Shown here: one piece after another, positions 20,659 to 32,265 of the stretch
Layout of the letters: each line of letters begins with the position of its first letter
How positions within the stretch are numbered: position 1 is the stretch's first letter
Virus record (IMG/VR): IMGVR_UViG_3300022936_000008
DNA: 64,000 nt
Source of the DNA: an uncultured virus (IMG/VR IMGVR_UViG_3300022936_000008)
Taxonomy: Duplodnaviria; Heunggongvirae; Uroviricota; Caudoviricetes
Strand: one strand, 5' to 3'
Translations under genes and position numbers: made by a program
The notes under the pieces: generated by a model
Seen by the model: the letters and a program-made list of their open reading frames with translations, nothing else
The model's database searches: none
Told to the model about the DNA's origin: nothing

Positions 20659-20702
20659 GATATTTAAATATAAAAGCGTACATTTGTAAAAAAGAAATAA
20701 AC

Positions 20703-21129
20703 ATGAAAAGGTATTATTTTATAAGTTATACAGGAACTTCAAATGGATGTCTAGTTAATGGCTCTTGCAGCTTTACTTCTGAGGGCGGACACGTACAACA
20801 GAAAGATATTATTGCATACATAAATAGAGAGGGTGCTGCAAACCCCGTTATAAACAATATAATTGAAATGACAGAGCAGGATTGGAGAGATTATTTTGAT
20901 AAAAACTAGTATGAAACTAACAACCACAGAAGATGATGAACTTATATTGTGCTACCAACAAGGTTTTAAAGATGAGTTAAATGGTAGTGGTTCTATAGAA
21001 TACCCGACGTTTATTAAAAATAGAGCTTATAAAATCGGTGCAAATCACGCTTTATTAGGTGATGATAACAGAAACTTTGACAATTTAAGCAATGAACAAA
21101 TATTAATGATTATAAAAGTACTGAGATGA
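20703..21129 (+). CDS. Two small hypothetical proteins (20703-20909; ~20896-21129)
   Basis: ORF track; TACATTTG promoter element at ~20679. Confidence 0.55.
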
Positions 21130-21521
21130 AATTAAAACAAACATTTATTAAACAATTAGGATTCCTACACAATCCAGCAGGAGCATTATTCCTAACAATT
21201 ATCTTATCATTCATACCTAAAGAGTATATTGAGTTTGATACGGTTGAACATATTATTGGAGCTGTTCTTTTTTGTGCCGCGACATATACAGCAGGATTTT
21301 TATTTGGATGGCTTGGTATCGAAGAGCCGCAGAAAGCTATTTTTGGAAGTGAGATTAGTTGGAATGATGCACATTGGACGGCTTCTGGCTGTGTTTTGGC
21401 TTTGATTTACTATTTTTCTGTACCGCAGGAATATATGAAAGTTTCTGCCATTGTTAGTGCAGTTTTACTTGTGTTGATGGGTGTGGGGTATGTAGTTTAT
21501 AGAAAGGTGAAAAATGTTTGA
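21126..21521 (+). CDS. Membrane protein with about 4 TM helices
   Basis: Four hydrophobic segments and a basic C-terminus. Confidence 0.65.
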   Translation: MKLKQTFIKQLGFLHNPAGALFLTIILSFIPKEYIEFDTVEHIIGAVLFCAATYTAGFLFGWLGIEEPQKAIFGSEISWNDAHWTASGCVLALIYYFSVPQEYMKVSAIVSAVLLVLMGVGYVVYRKVKNV

Positions 21522-21605
21522 GGTATATCAGACAGTTTAGACATATATTGTTTATTTGGATATTTAGTAGCACACGATTTAGTAAACAGAAATTTTAAAA
21601 TATAA

Positions 21606-22592
21606 ATGGCAAAAGTAAAAGCAGAAGAAAATAAAAAAGAGGGGTTAGATTTATTTTTAGCAGAAATGAATAAAACCTATGGAAAAGAAATTTTTGTAAA
21701 AGATTTAAAGAATATTACAGTTACTAAAATTAAGACAGGCTCCTTAGCACTGGATATCGCTTTGGACGGTGGAATCCCAAAGGGGAAGATGGCAGAGATA
21801 TTTGGCATAAATCAGTCTGGAAAGAGTAGTTTGTGTTATGAAACGGCAGCAAATTTTCAAAAACAGTTTCCCGGTGAAGAAATATTAATGATTGATTTAG
21901 AAGATACATTCACAGACGAATATGTCAAATCTCTTGGAATTGATACTACTAAGAACTTTAGAGTGATGAAACCTAAAACAGGGGAACACACTTACGAAAT
22001 TTTAATTAGCTTCGCCAAAAACATTAAGGGGGGCTTAATTATACTTGATAGTTTTGCATTACTCTTACCAACGAAAGAAGATGAAGGAGATGTGGGGGCT
22101 GCACAAATGGGTTCGGCTGCTAGGTTGAATTCACAGGGGCTTAGAAAACTGTTCCCCCACAGTGCTGAAAATGGTACTACTATTCTCTTTATCAATCAGG
22201 TGCGCAGCACGTTTGACATGTACGCACCTGTAGCAACTTCCGGCGGAAAATCATTACCATTCTATGCCCGTACAAGACTGCACCTATCAAAAGTTAAAGG
22301 TGAAGAGGGTGTATCAAACGGCTGCAACATTAAACTTGAAAAAGCCACATATGGAAAAGAAGGAACTAAAGTTAATACTTTTCGCCTTAAAAAAGGAAAA
22401 TTTGACATTATTGCAGAAGTAATGACTCTAGCCGAAGAGGTAGGAATCGTAGAGAGAAGTGGGTCTTACTATTCATATGAAGGTACAGCTTTAGGGCAGG
22501 GAAAAGGACAGCTTAAACAGCTATTAGAAGACAACCCGGAATTATTATTAGATATAGAAAACAGAATCAGAAAACATTATGGAATTATATAA
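21606..22592 (+). CDS. recA: RecA recombinase (phage-encoded)
   Basis: TGSLALDIALDGGIPKG, GINQSGKS, IILDS, FINQVR, SGGKSLPFYA, LGQGK. Confidence 0.95.
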   Translation: MAKVKAEENKKEGLDLFLAEMNKTYGKEIFVKDLKNITVTKIKTGSLALDIALDGGIPKGKMAEIFGINQSGKSSLCYETAANFQKQFPGEEILMIDLEDTFTDEYVKSLGIDTTKNFRVMKPKTGEHTYEILISFAKNIKGGLIILDSFALLLPTKEDEGDVGAAQMGSAARLNSQGLRKLFPHSAENGTTILFINQVRSTFDMYAPVATSGGKSLPFYARTRLHLSKVKGEEGVSNGCNIKLEKATYGKEGTKVNTFRLKKGKFDIIAEVMTLAEEVGIVERSGSYYSYEGTALGQGKGQLKQLLEDNPELLLDIENRIRKHYGII

Positions 22593-22872
22593 AGTAGAAT
22601 TTTACAAAAAGTATTTAAAGTGGAGGTGGCGCGCTAAATCTCCAAGTAACGGAAAAATTACAGGAGCTTCAAGCGAGAGTTATTGGAATAAAAGTGATTG
22701 TGAATTTAACGCTGAAAGATTAGGACAGAGTTTGTATCAGAGAGATTATTCAGATGTAAAACAACAGTTAGATGAATTGGTGTTAGAAGTCTCAGAGTTT
22801 TCTGCCGGGAAAAAGGCTTTTAATTTTACAGAGTGGAGGCAGAGAGTTGAAGATATAAAGAATCAATTATGA
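22579..22872 (+). CDS. YegP/DUF1508-like protein
   Basis: WRWRAKSPSNGKITGASSESY. Confidence 0.7.
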   Translation: MELYKVEFYKKYLKWRWRAKSPSNGKITGASSESYWNKSDCEFNAERLGQSLYQRDYSDVKQQLDELVLEVSEFSAGKKAFNFTEWRQRVEDIKNQL

Positions 22873-23419
22873 TTTTTAAAAAAATATATTACTACTTATT
22901 TCCCGGAACAGTATATGAACAGGAAAAAAGATATATAGAAAATTTTGGATACCCTGAAAATTCTGTAGTGTTTACAGATGGTCAAGGAAGAATGAGTCAA
23001 ATTGTGGGGTCGAAAACTTTTTTAGAGACTATTAAAAAATTTGAAAACTCTGGAATAATAAAAAATAAATTATGATTTACGCAATTTTAGTTTACCTTAT
23101 ATGTTCTAGCTTTTTTGTTGGCCAGTATTGGGGAGATGTGTTTGAGAATGAATCTGTTTGGTATAAAATTAGATTTTCTTTTTTGCTGTTTGTTTTTGCT
23201 CCCGCGATTTTTATTTTAAAATACTTATTTATCGGAGTAGGAAAAATAGTACCTGAAAGGATTAAGTTCTATTATAAGTTTTATATTTTGAAAGAGTTTG
23301 ATAACTTGGGATTGGATATGTTAAGATATCTTAATAAAACAGTTGAATTGGGAAAATGTACCAAATTTTATAAAAAAGAAGTGGGAATGATAAACAAACG
23401 AAATAATTACACGCCATAA
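22869..23419 (+). CDS. Two hypothetical proteins (22869-23075; membrane protein 23072-23419)
   Basis: ORF track, ATGA overlaps. Confidence 0.55.
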
Positions 23420-23812
23420 ATGCCAACTAAACCAACCAAACAAAAAGTACCAAGAACAAGAAATAATAATACATTAACCGAATCAGCTTTTTGGGGATTT
23501 ATCAGATCGACCCTCCGAAACGCCTCGAGATGGTGGAAACCTATTTCTCAATGTAAATTAAATTCTCGCCGTCCATATAAAGGATTAAAACCTTTACAAA
23601 AATGGGAATATAAATGTAACCACTGTAAAAGTTGGTTTATGGAAAAGGAGATTCAAATCGACCATATAATTGACTGCGGCACACTAACTTGTGCGGATGA
23701 TATGAAAGGGTTTGTGGAGCGATTATTCTGTGAAGTAGGCGGTTTTCAATGTTTATGTAAACCTTGCCACCAAATAAAAACTAATTTAGCCCGAGAAAAT
23801 AAAAAGAAATAG
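23420..23812 (+). CDS. HNH endonuclease
   Basis: CNHC...IDHII...CLCKPCHQIKT. Confidence 0.85.
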   Translation: MPTKPTKQKVPRTRNNNTLTESAFWGFIRSTLRNASRWWKPISQCKLNSRRPYKGLKPLQKWEYKCNHCKSWFMEKEIQIDHIIDCGTLTCADDMKGFVERLFCEVGGFQCLCKPCHQIKTNLARENKKK

Positions 23813-23866
23813 TTGCAATTAAGATATTAAATTATTACATTTACACCCTAAAACAAAATTATATTT

Positions 23867-24871
23867 ATGGCAATATTTTTTATTGACGGTAAGCAAGTTA
23901 CTCCAGATCAATTTTCTCAAGTAGTTCCTAATTTCTCTTTAGAAGATGTTTCTTTTTCTGTACCCGAAAACAAAGTTTCAGGACATTTAGCTACTCGACA
24001 TAAAAAACCGTCAGAAAGGTATTTGAAATTTCCAACTTTAACAGAGGACTTATTAAAAATGGCCGAAAATAGTCAAGCTCAAAATGGTGGACGAATTAGT
24101 AGAGAATTTCCAGATGAACAATTAGAAAATCAAGTTTATCTATTAAGAGCAATTAATAACGATTTTATTTATGACTTAGATGGTACAAAACTGTTGAAAC
24201 TGCCTGTCTATCACGTCACAAAAACTATTTCTAAGGAAAGACTTGAGATTATTTTAAATTTAAACGCCGCGCATAAAAATCCTCTATCATTTGAAGATAT
24301 AACAGCGACAGTTAATAAAATTGTAGAAGAAGCAAATAAAAAATTACCCCCATCCTTTAGAGAACCACTATACACTTTAAATGAAGAATATAAAGATTGG
24401 ATAGAAATAGACTTAGAAAGATGGCTTAAAACACTTGTAGGAGAAAATCCATTAAAAGCCGTTCAAGACTTTGCTAAGAAAAAGAAGATGAAACGACAAT
24501 TTGCCGAAGCAGGAGCGAAAGCAGGAGTAAAACACAATCAACACAAACTTCCAATGTCAAAGCTATTTGAACAGTTTCCTAATGCACTTCAAGCTGTTGT
24601 ACTTTCTTCTTTTTACGGAGCAAACAAATACAATGAAACAGGTAAATGGGATAATTTTTCAAAGGTTGAGGGCGGCTCTAAAACTTATATAGATGCACTA
24701 TTCAGACACGCTTTAGATATTGAAAATCAGGACGAAGAGTCAGGTCTACCACATCTATTTTTAACTGCTTGGAACTCATTGGCAGCTTTGGAGTTATTTT
24801 GCCGCGAAAAAGAAATAGATTTAAAAACTTTTTCAGAAAATTACATTAAAAACTTGCACATCAAAGAATAA
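23867..24871 (+). CDS. Protein with C-terminal DUF5664 dATP/dGTP diphosphohydrolase domain
   Basis: GVKHNQHK...YGANKY...YIDALFRH...ESGLPHL...AWNSLA. Confidence 0.8.
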   Translation: MAIFFIDGKQVTPDQFSQVVPNFSLEDVSFSVPENKVSGHLATRHKKPSERYLKFPTLTEDLLKMAENSQAQNGGRISREFPDEQLENQVYLLRAINNDFIYDLDGTKLLKLPVYHVTKTISKERLEIILNLNAAHKNPLSFEDITATVNKIVEEANKKLPPSFREPLYTLNEEYKDWIEIDLERWLKTLVGENPLKAVQDFAKKKKMKRQFAEAGAKAGVKHNQHKLPMSKLFEQFPNALQAVVLSSFYGANKYNETGKWDNFSKVEGGSKTYIDALFRHALDIENQDEESGLPHLFLTAWNSLAALELFCREKEIDLKTFSENYIKNLHIKE

Positions 24872-24888
24872 AGTATTATATTTACACA

Positions 24889-25750
24889 ATGATTAAACTC
24901 AAACTTACATCTGAAATAATTACAAAACAGGCTCAGGAAAAGCTTGATAAATTCCGGGAAGAAAACAAGAACCCGGGCGAAGAACCCAAAGATGAGCACA
25001 ACAGATCAGCCGAAAACTATCGCGATCTTGGTTTGAAAGTGCCTGAGGATTTATTAGCAGCTGAGACAAGGTGGATTAAAAGCCAAGAAGGAGAGTCTCC
25101 AATTGAGTTATTAGATGAAGACTTTGAATTAATATTGAGAGATGTTTGGGTTAGACCTGAGAGAATATTATTTGTTACAGATGATTTTGAAAGAGGCTCA
25201 ACAGTTTATTTAGATACAGATCAAATTTTAGATGTAGCAGAAACAGCAAGACAAGTTTATAATAAAATAGAAAAATACAATGGAAACACAATTAAATGAA
25301 GATTTAAAAATTGCTATTGACAAACATCTCTCAAAAGAGGTCGGTACAAGGCTACAGGAAAGGTTTACAGAATTAGAAAGAAAAGAGATTGAGTTAAAAA
25401 ATACTTCCGAAGATTTAAGACTTTTAAGGGTAAGTTTTTCAAAGTTAGAAGAAGATATTAAAAAGAAAGAACGTATTGAAACCTTAATTTCTGAATCTGA
25501 CAGAAAAATAGCAGATATTGAAAAAAGAGAACGAGATTTAGAATTAGAAAAACTAAAAATTAAATTAGAGGAGTCTGAAAAACGAGCAGAAATGGTCAAA
25601 GAATTTACTTCTGGACTTGTAAGAAACACTTCATTTAGAAAAACAATTTTTGATAGTGAGAATCAGCAACCTTATACAGACTCTAACGGTGTTTACCACT
25701 ACCCTATGGCTACAAGTAAACATCACGAAGAAAATAATATAATAGAATAA
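24889..25750 (+). CDS. Two hypothetical proteins (24889-25299; coiled-coil 25280-25750)
   Basis: ORF track. Confidence 0.6.
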
Positions 25751-25771
25751 ATAAAAACAAATTAATTAAAA

Positions 25772-26506
25772 ATGACAAAGAATTATTTGCAGATTGAGTT
25801 CAGCTCAGGGAATTTCTTCCAGTGGAGCGGCACAGAAAAAGAAGGTTTTGAAAAGCACGTGTCGCCAAAAGACTCTTCTAAAATTTCATACAGAAAATAT
25901 TTCAAAGATGGAATTAAGGGTACATTAGAAAGTGTAAACGTAAGAGAGTCTGATTTTGGAGAGCAGTTATCAATGACTGTTAAAGATGGTGATAATATTT
26001 TCTATATTCCGATTAATATTTTCGACGGTCAAAAACACGTGGATAATAATTATGCAGAGAGCTTAATCAAGCTTCTACCTGTTTTACAAAAAGATAAAGA
26101 AGTTTTGGTTAGAGGTTATAATTTCACTCCAGAGGGAGATAAATATGCCAAAATTGGAATTAGTATTACACAAGACGGTGTAAAACTTAAATCACCTTTA
26201 ACCCACGCCTATTATAAAGACGGCGTAAAAACTGAAGGAGATATTCCTGCTATTGAGTGGGAAGAAAAGAAAGTATTAAAAACTGTTAAACGAATGCCTA
26301 CCGCAGCTTCATTGGAAAAAAGAGATGCTTACCTTTTAGGTGTTATTGAACAAAATGAGGATCGTTTAAAATGGGTAGCTACAGGAGAACAGCAAGCACC
26401 AAAATCAACCACGACCACTAAGGCAGTTCAACCAGCAAGTCCTCAACAAGCGTTTGAGTCTGCAAATTCCTTTATCCCAGACGCTAAAAATGACCTTCCG
26501 TTTTAG
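25772..26506 (+). CDS. Single-stranded DNA-binding protein
   Basis: Low-complexity linker and C-terminal DLPF tail. Confidence 0.75.
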   Translation: MTKNYLQIEFSSGNFFQWSGTEKEGFEKHVSPKDSSKISYRKYFKDGIKGTLESVNVRESDFGEQLSMTVKDGDNIFYIPINIFDGQKHVDNNYAESLIKLLPVLQKDKEVLVRGYNFTPEGDKYAKIGISITQDGVKLKSPLTHAYYKDGVKTEGDIPAIEWEEKKVLKTVKRMPTAASLEKRDAYLLGVIEQNEDRLKWVATGEQQAPKSTTTTKAVQPASPQQAFESANSFIPDAKNDLPF

Positions 26507-26533
26507 AAATTAACTAATTACAACTAAAATAAA

Positions 26534-27104
26534 ATGACAGAACAAATTAACATTGCAGAATACGGATACAAACTTGAAACAGATGTAGAAATCTCAGGAA
26601 GACTTGTAGATGAGCTCATTGATGCCCTAGATATTGTAGAAAAACAGGAAACACATATGGCATTTTTAGATGCTGTTCCAGAGGCTGTAAAAAAAGGAGA
26701 GATTCAATGGAATCAACATCCTAGCCAAGAGGCTTTCTTTTCTCAAACACCTCAAAAAATCATTACATATTTCGGTGGACGAATTATGGATTTAAAATTT
26801 CTTTTGATGGCTATTAAGCATAAAGACATTGAAGACGGAGTTGCTGTGAAAAAATCAGAATTAGGACAATTTAAAGAAACAGCAAATGCAGAGCTTAAAC
26901 TTACATAGTGTTTGGCAAAAGAAATTCCGTCACGATTTAAAAGCATCGTTTGTCGGATTTATAAAAGAAAAGAATACACTGTTTTTGAGAGTAACTATTG
27001 ATAAGAATCCTGTTGACTACGAAGTTCAGGGTGGATTTGAAGATATGAATTATAGTTCTTATCAGAATCTTTACGATTTAATTAAAAGAAATGACACGGT
27101 ATAA
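26534..27104 (+). CDS. Two hypothetical proteins (26534-26908; 26886-27104)
   Basis: ORF track. Confidence 0.55.
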
Positions 27105-27247
27105 AAAACTATATAAAACATTTTTAGAAAACGGGGAATTGTTTGAGCTTTTCCCCGAACTAGAAAAAGAAAGTAATTCTTGGGAGCAAGACCAAAAAGA
27201 ATTCAAAATGTTAATGGACTTAATGGAACATCCACAAATATCAGATA

Positions 27248-28768
27248 ATGACATATACGAATAAAGAGGCACAGGATATTATTTTAAAAGGTTTTAACTT
27301 AGTGGCGAACGCTGTTAAGTTAAGTTTGGGTGCTGAGGGTTCTTATGGCTTCACTGAAGATTCAAATGGCGTATTTTTTCCGACAAAAGACGGTTATAAA
27401 TTGGGTAAGTACGTTTATGCCAAGAGAAAATCTGAACAAATCGGCTGCAACATAGCAAAACAGTTGCAATACAGACAGATGAAATCCTCGGGCGACAACA
27501 CCACAACGGTCCTTGTTTTGGCACAAACTATTTTGAATAGTGGTATGGAGCTTATAAGAACTAAAAACTTATCAGCCGTAGATTTTAGAGCCGGATTAAA
27601 AAAAGCCTCCCAAGAAGCCCAGAAAGCAGTTAAAAAACTATCCAAAGTTGCAACAGAAGATGATATTTTATCCATAGCAAGAGTTTCGGCTAATAATGAT
27701 CCTGAAATTGCTAGAATCATATCAGAAATCTATCAAAAATTAGGAGCTAAGTCTTTAGTTAATATTGAGAAAACCTCGCAGGAAAAAACAACAGTTAAAT
27801 ACTCTGAGGGACTTACTATTGAAAGGGGTTACAAGAGTCCTTTATTCTGCAACACTGAAAAAATGACAGTTGAGTTTGAGAGCCCTTATGTTTTATTATT
27901 TGAGGGGCAAATCCAGAACTTGCAAATGTTTAAAGAAGTGGTTGAGAAAATCGCGGGAGAAAAAAAACCATTGGTATTAATTGCAGATGCCATTAGTGAA
28001 GATGCTTTAGATATTTTAATTGATAACAGTCAGAGGGGGGCATTTGAAGTGGTGTTTGTACAAAGCCCTGATTATGGAGATAAAAAGAAACTTCTTAGTT
28101 CGGATATTGCCGTTTTTACAGATGGGGAAGTGTTTGTACAAGGTGTTTCCGCCGATTTTAAGTTAGGAAAAGCCGATAAAGTTGTTGTTGATTCAGAGTT
28201 TACAACTTTTATTGCGGAACAGTCCGATGCGGTAAAAGAAAGAATAGCATTCCTTCAAACTTCTTTGGAAAATGCGACAGACCCTGAGTTTACCCAACAA
28301 AGAATTGCAGGATTGTCAGGTAAGACAGCAACTATTTATGTCGGCTCAAAAAACCCTAGTGAAACTGATGAAATTGCAGATAGGATTGAAGACGCCAAGT
28401 GCGCTGTTGTTTCAGCAAGTGAAGGAGGATTTTGTGCTGGAGGTGGAGTCACTTATTTACATATCTCCGGTCAACTAAGGAGTAAAATGAAAAATGACAG
28501 TGAGCAACAGGGTTACAACTGTTTTAGAGAAGCCTTAAAATCACCTTTTAAACAAATCCTAGTGAATGGTGATAAAGATCCTGCGGAAATAGAGCCTAAT
28601 CTAAAAAAATACGGACAAGGGTATGATGTGTCTTCAAAAAAATTCGTTGATATGTTTGATTGTAAAATAATTGACAGCTCAAAAAGCCTTATTTCAGCAA
28701 TTGAAGAGGCTACTTCCACCTGCGATTTAATATTAAACACTAAAATCTTAACAGTTGTAGGACAATGA
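27248..28768 (+). CDS. groEL: Phage chaperonin GroEL (Cpn60)
   Basis: AVKLSLG, TKDG, GDNTTT, SANND, ERGYKSPLF, RIEDA, AGGGV; no GGM tail. Confidence 0.95.
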   Translation: MTYTNKEAQDIILKGFNLVANAVKLSLGAEGSYGFTEDSNGVFFPTKDGYKLGKYVYAKRKSEQIGCNIAKQLQYRQMKSSGDNTTTVLVLAQTILNSGMELIRTKNLSAVDFRAGLKKASQEAQKAVKKLSKVATEDDILSIARVSANNDPEIARIISEIYQKLGAKSLVNIEKTSQEKTTVKYSEGLTIERGYKSPLFCNTEKMTVEFESPYVLLFEGQIQNLQMFKEVVEKIAGEKKPLVLIADAISEDALDILIDNSQRGAFEVVFVQSPDYGDKKKLLSSDIAVFTDGEVFVQGVSADFKLGKADKVVVDSEFTTFIAEQSDAVKERIAFLQTSLENATDPEFTQQRIAGLSGKTATIYVGSKNPSETDEIADRIEDAKCAVVSASEGGFCAGGGVTYLHISGQLRSKMKNDSEQQGYNCFREALKSPFKQILVNGDKDPAEIEPNLKKYGQGYDVSSKKFVDMFDCKIIDSSKSLISAIEEATSTCDLILNTKILTVVGQ

Positions 28769-29025
28769 AACCAGTATTCAAACAAGACGAAATAGTTATT
28801 GAAAATCCTTATAAAAGAGGTACAGGGGTGGATTTAGGAGAGGGTAAACTCATTAAAGGAGAGATTCTTTATGTGGGAGAAAATTGTACACTTTCTTATA
28901 AAATTGGAGATACTATTTTAGTGGAGTCCGCTCGAAAAAAAGAATTAAAGCACCCTGACTTAGAAAAAGAGTTGTTAATATTCCCTGAGAAATACATAAT
29001 GTGCACGTTAGATGTTAGTCCGTAA
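28765..29025 (+). CDS. groES: Co-chaperonin GroES-like
   Basis: MKP...GTG...KGEILYVG...KIGDTIL...LLIFPEKYI; 86 aa; ATGA-coupled to groEL. Confidence 0.7.
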   Translation: MKPVFKQDEIVIENPYKRGTGVDLGEGKLIKGEILYVGENCTLSYKIGDTILVESARKKELKHPDLEKELLIFPEKYIMCTLDVSP

Positions 29026-29421
29026 AGAAACCATCTATAAAACCAGCTACGTTTTGGTTATCGATGAACTTGATAAATGTTTGGGAGAAATTTACGATTT
29101 ACATTTTTTCAAACTCTGCAAGAACCCACAAATAATTGACGAGTATGAATTTTACACTGTCAATAAAGACAAACTTTTAAAATATCTCAAATGATACAGT
29201 ATATTGTAAATTCCGCCGAAAATAAAATAGAAATTACAAGTTCTTCAGGTTCAATGCAGGAATTGAAAGATTTGTACGAGTTGTTTAAGGATTACAGTTT
29301 TTCTTTTGGTGGGAGTTATATTGATTTTAAAAGAGCCTCGGAAATTATAAAAAGAACAGCTTCAGAACAGAAACATTTCGGCATACAAAAAGGAAATGAA
29401 TATACTAATTTACATAAATGA
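29012..29421 (+). CDS. Two small hypothetical proteins (29012-29194; 29191-29421)
   Basis: ORF track, overlapping starts and stops. Confidence 0.5.
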
Positions 29422-29774
29422 AAGTAGAAATAGAATCAACAACAGTTGTTAATAATTATTACACTAGAGATGGGTACTCTTGGGCAGCGTTGAATTTAAT
29501 AGAAGAGTCCAAAAAGTATGAAACTTTTGATTACCCTTTAGCCGGAGCAGACTTAAGTTATTGTTGGCCTATTAAAAATATGAAAGAGTTTCTTGAACAC
29601 GTAAAAAGAGTTAAGGAAACTGACGAAAAATACCCTATTCTACTAGATGATTTTGGATTTGTCTGCGACGGACGCCACAGAATATGTAAAGCTATCCTCG
29701 CTGGGAAAGAGACAATAAAAGCGATACGGTTTCCAAAAATGCCAAATTATGACTCATATGATCCACCAAAATAA
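29418..29774 (+). CDS. ParB/Srx-like N-terminal domain protein
   Basis: YPILLD...DGRHRICKA. Confidence 0.7.
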   Translation: MKVEIESTTVVNNYYTRDGYSWAALNLIEESKKYETFDYPLAGADLSYCWPIKNMKEFLEHVKRVKETDEKYPILLDDFGFVCDGRHRICKAILAGKETIKAIRFPKMPNYDSYDPPK

Positions 29775-32124
29775 GTGCACTTGCAACCCAAATGAAAATT
29801 ATTTCGGCACATATAAAATCTGTGTTCAGAGGGTATTTCCTTTTAAAACAGAGCGTTATTCAAAAATAGGCACTAAGACTGTTGACATCGATGGATGTAT
29901 TTTGGAAGAGGTAGAGAATTTATGGGCACTAGGAATACAAACAGTTGAAAGTTGTTGTGGTCATAACAGAGAACAAGGGTATATATCAGTGGTTGATAAA
30001 GATATTGAAAAAATGAAACAGCTTGGATATGAAGAAATAAAATATGGAGAATTTAGAACAATTTCTATTGGAGCTAAAGTATAGCTACCACAAGAATGAA
30101 TTAATTTACACTGAAGGAAGCTGTTTTAGACTATACAAAATGCTAAAAGCCTTATTTCCAAAAGCAAAACCGTTTTATTCTCATTTAGATGGACATTGGA
30201 TCACAGAAATAGACGGTCAATATTGGGACATAAACGGCAAAATTTATCCAAGTTATGTTGACGATAAAAACTATGAACACATCACTTCAGAAATAACTTT
30301 AAAATCGGCTTACATACCTACTTATAAAAGGCAATGTGCAAGTTATAATAAATACATTTAATAATGGGAAAAGTTGAAAAAACACTTATTGTTGCAGCCA
30401 TATGTTTCTTGTCTATGTTTTTCAACGTACCTGAAACAGTAAAATACATTGCTAGCGGAATAATTTTATTATGTTTTCTGTATCTCGTTAAAATTGTGAT
30501 ATGGAAAAAGTAATTAAAAAAGGTAATCATAGGAGTAGTCGGTGGCCTGAATTTACTTTTAAAAATTCATTGTCAGGGGAAGTTAAGTTTGTTGGAGATT
30601 TTAGTTATTCAATCGCCGCAGAAAAACAAAAAGACACAAACAAGTTAATTGGCCTTTCAGACGGGCTTAACCATCAACGAAATTCAATTAGGCTCGGTTG
30701 GAGGTGGAGTGAAAAAGATAATAAGATTGAGATTATGTCAATTCGATATAATAACGGTTTAAGAATTATTGACCACATAACCTACGCAGAATCCGATAAA
30801 TTTTATGAATACAGTATAAATATTTGGGAGGGTGTTTATTACGTAAAATTTGGTGGTACAGGAAAAGGACTTACACGCACTTCTAAATGGAATTTCCTAC
30901 GTGTAAAATTAGGCTTTTATTTTGGCGGGACAGAGAAAGCATCAAAAGATTTTAAAATTGAAATGGCTTGAATATGAAAGATAAAATAACACTTACCCAA
31001 GCAATAGAGACACTTTATAAAACATTACAAAAAGATGAAGGGTATAGACAGGCATGGGTGGCAAACATAGCAATGAGTTTTAAAGATGAATGTCAAAAAA
31101 AGTTTGAAAGAACTTTATATACAGAGTACAAAGATACCCCAGATATAATTCATAAAATAGCAAATACATCGGCTCAAAATTTTATTAACCTTTTATGTTT
31201 ATATAATGAAAATAATAGCTAATAAATCCATATTGCATAATAATGTAACTAACTGTACTTATATTGCGGGAAAGCTGGATGAAAAAGTACAAACAGGCAC
31301 AAGAGAAAACGATCAACATATCGAATGGATGGGTGACTTGGATATCCCAACTAAACCACAAGCCGACACTTTTAGAATGTTATATGAACAAATTAAGCAC
31401 GGAGACCAAGAACATCAGGACTGGCTTAAAGATAAGATTGAATATTTTATTAAACAACAAGGATTAGAATGATAAAATTCACTACAACAAAAACAGTTGA
31501 AACAGAAGACGAACACGAAGTAAAAGACGGTACTTATTATTTTTACAGCGAAGATGAGGGCAGAGAGCCAGATTTTTATTTTAAATTAAACGTTAAACAA
31601 CACCCAAAACTTAGCAGTTTAAGTGAAATAGAAATTGAAAAAGTAGGAGTACAAGAAGATAGACTATCTATTGTTAAAATAAAAGAAACTGACAGTAATT
31701 TACCGTATTACCTACAAAAGTTATTTTCCGGCGCAGAAAAACGAACAGACATAACAAAAGAACAGTTTTACGAAATTAAAAACCAAATAATAGACAGATT
31801 AAAATTATGAATTACACATTAGAAAATTTAAACGAAAGATTAGGACAGTTAGTTGAAGATTTTTACCGAAATAATACTCACCACGAAGACGCCTTAAGAG
31901 CATTGGAAAACTTACCTGAACCAACTACCGACCAAAAATGTGTAGAAAAAGTATCTTTAGGGCTAATGGGAGGACTTTTTACAAAACTAACAGCTTTGCA
32001 AGCTCACTGTGATTGGCAAAGAGGTTTGGTGGCAAAAACAGAGCAGTTTATTTTTGCGCCAAGTGTAGTTGTAGATACAGAAGATTATAGACACCAAAAA
32101 GCGTGCAACCATACACAAGTATAA
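29749..32124 (+). CDS. Run of hypothetical proteins (29749-30084, 30044-30361, 30501-30971, 30968-31222, 31206-31472, 31469-31810, 31807-32124)
   Basis: Contiguous, translationally coupled plus-strand ORFs. Confidence 0.6.
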
Positions 32125-32159
32125 TTATTAGTAAAAAGTGTCTTAGAACGTCTAAAACA

Positions 32160-32196
32160 AACCTCATTATTCATTTAGTGAGGTTTTGTTGTTTTT
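32160..32196 (+). terminator. Intrinsic terminator
   Basis: AACCTCATTA...TAGTGAGGTT followed by a T-rich tail. Confidence 0.65.
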
Positions 32197-32265
32197 ACGC
32201 CGGACTAAATAAAAATAAACCGATAAAAATTAGTGTAATTCAAAATAATTATTTAAATTTGTATT

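Noticed and set aside
23867..24871. Z-genome (2-aminoadenine) pathway
   Set aside because: No PurZ or DatZ in the window; DUF5664 alone is not diagnostic, and an adenine methylase is present
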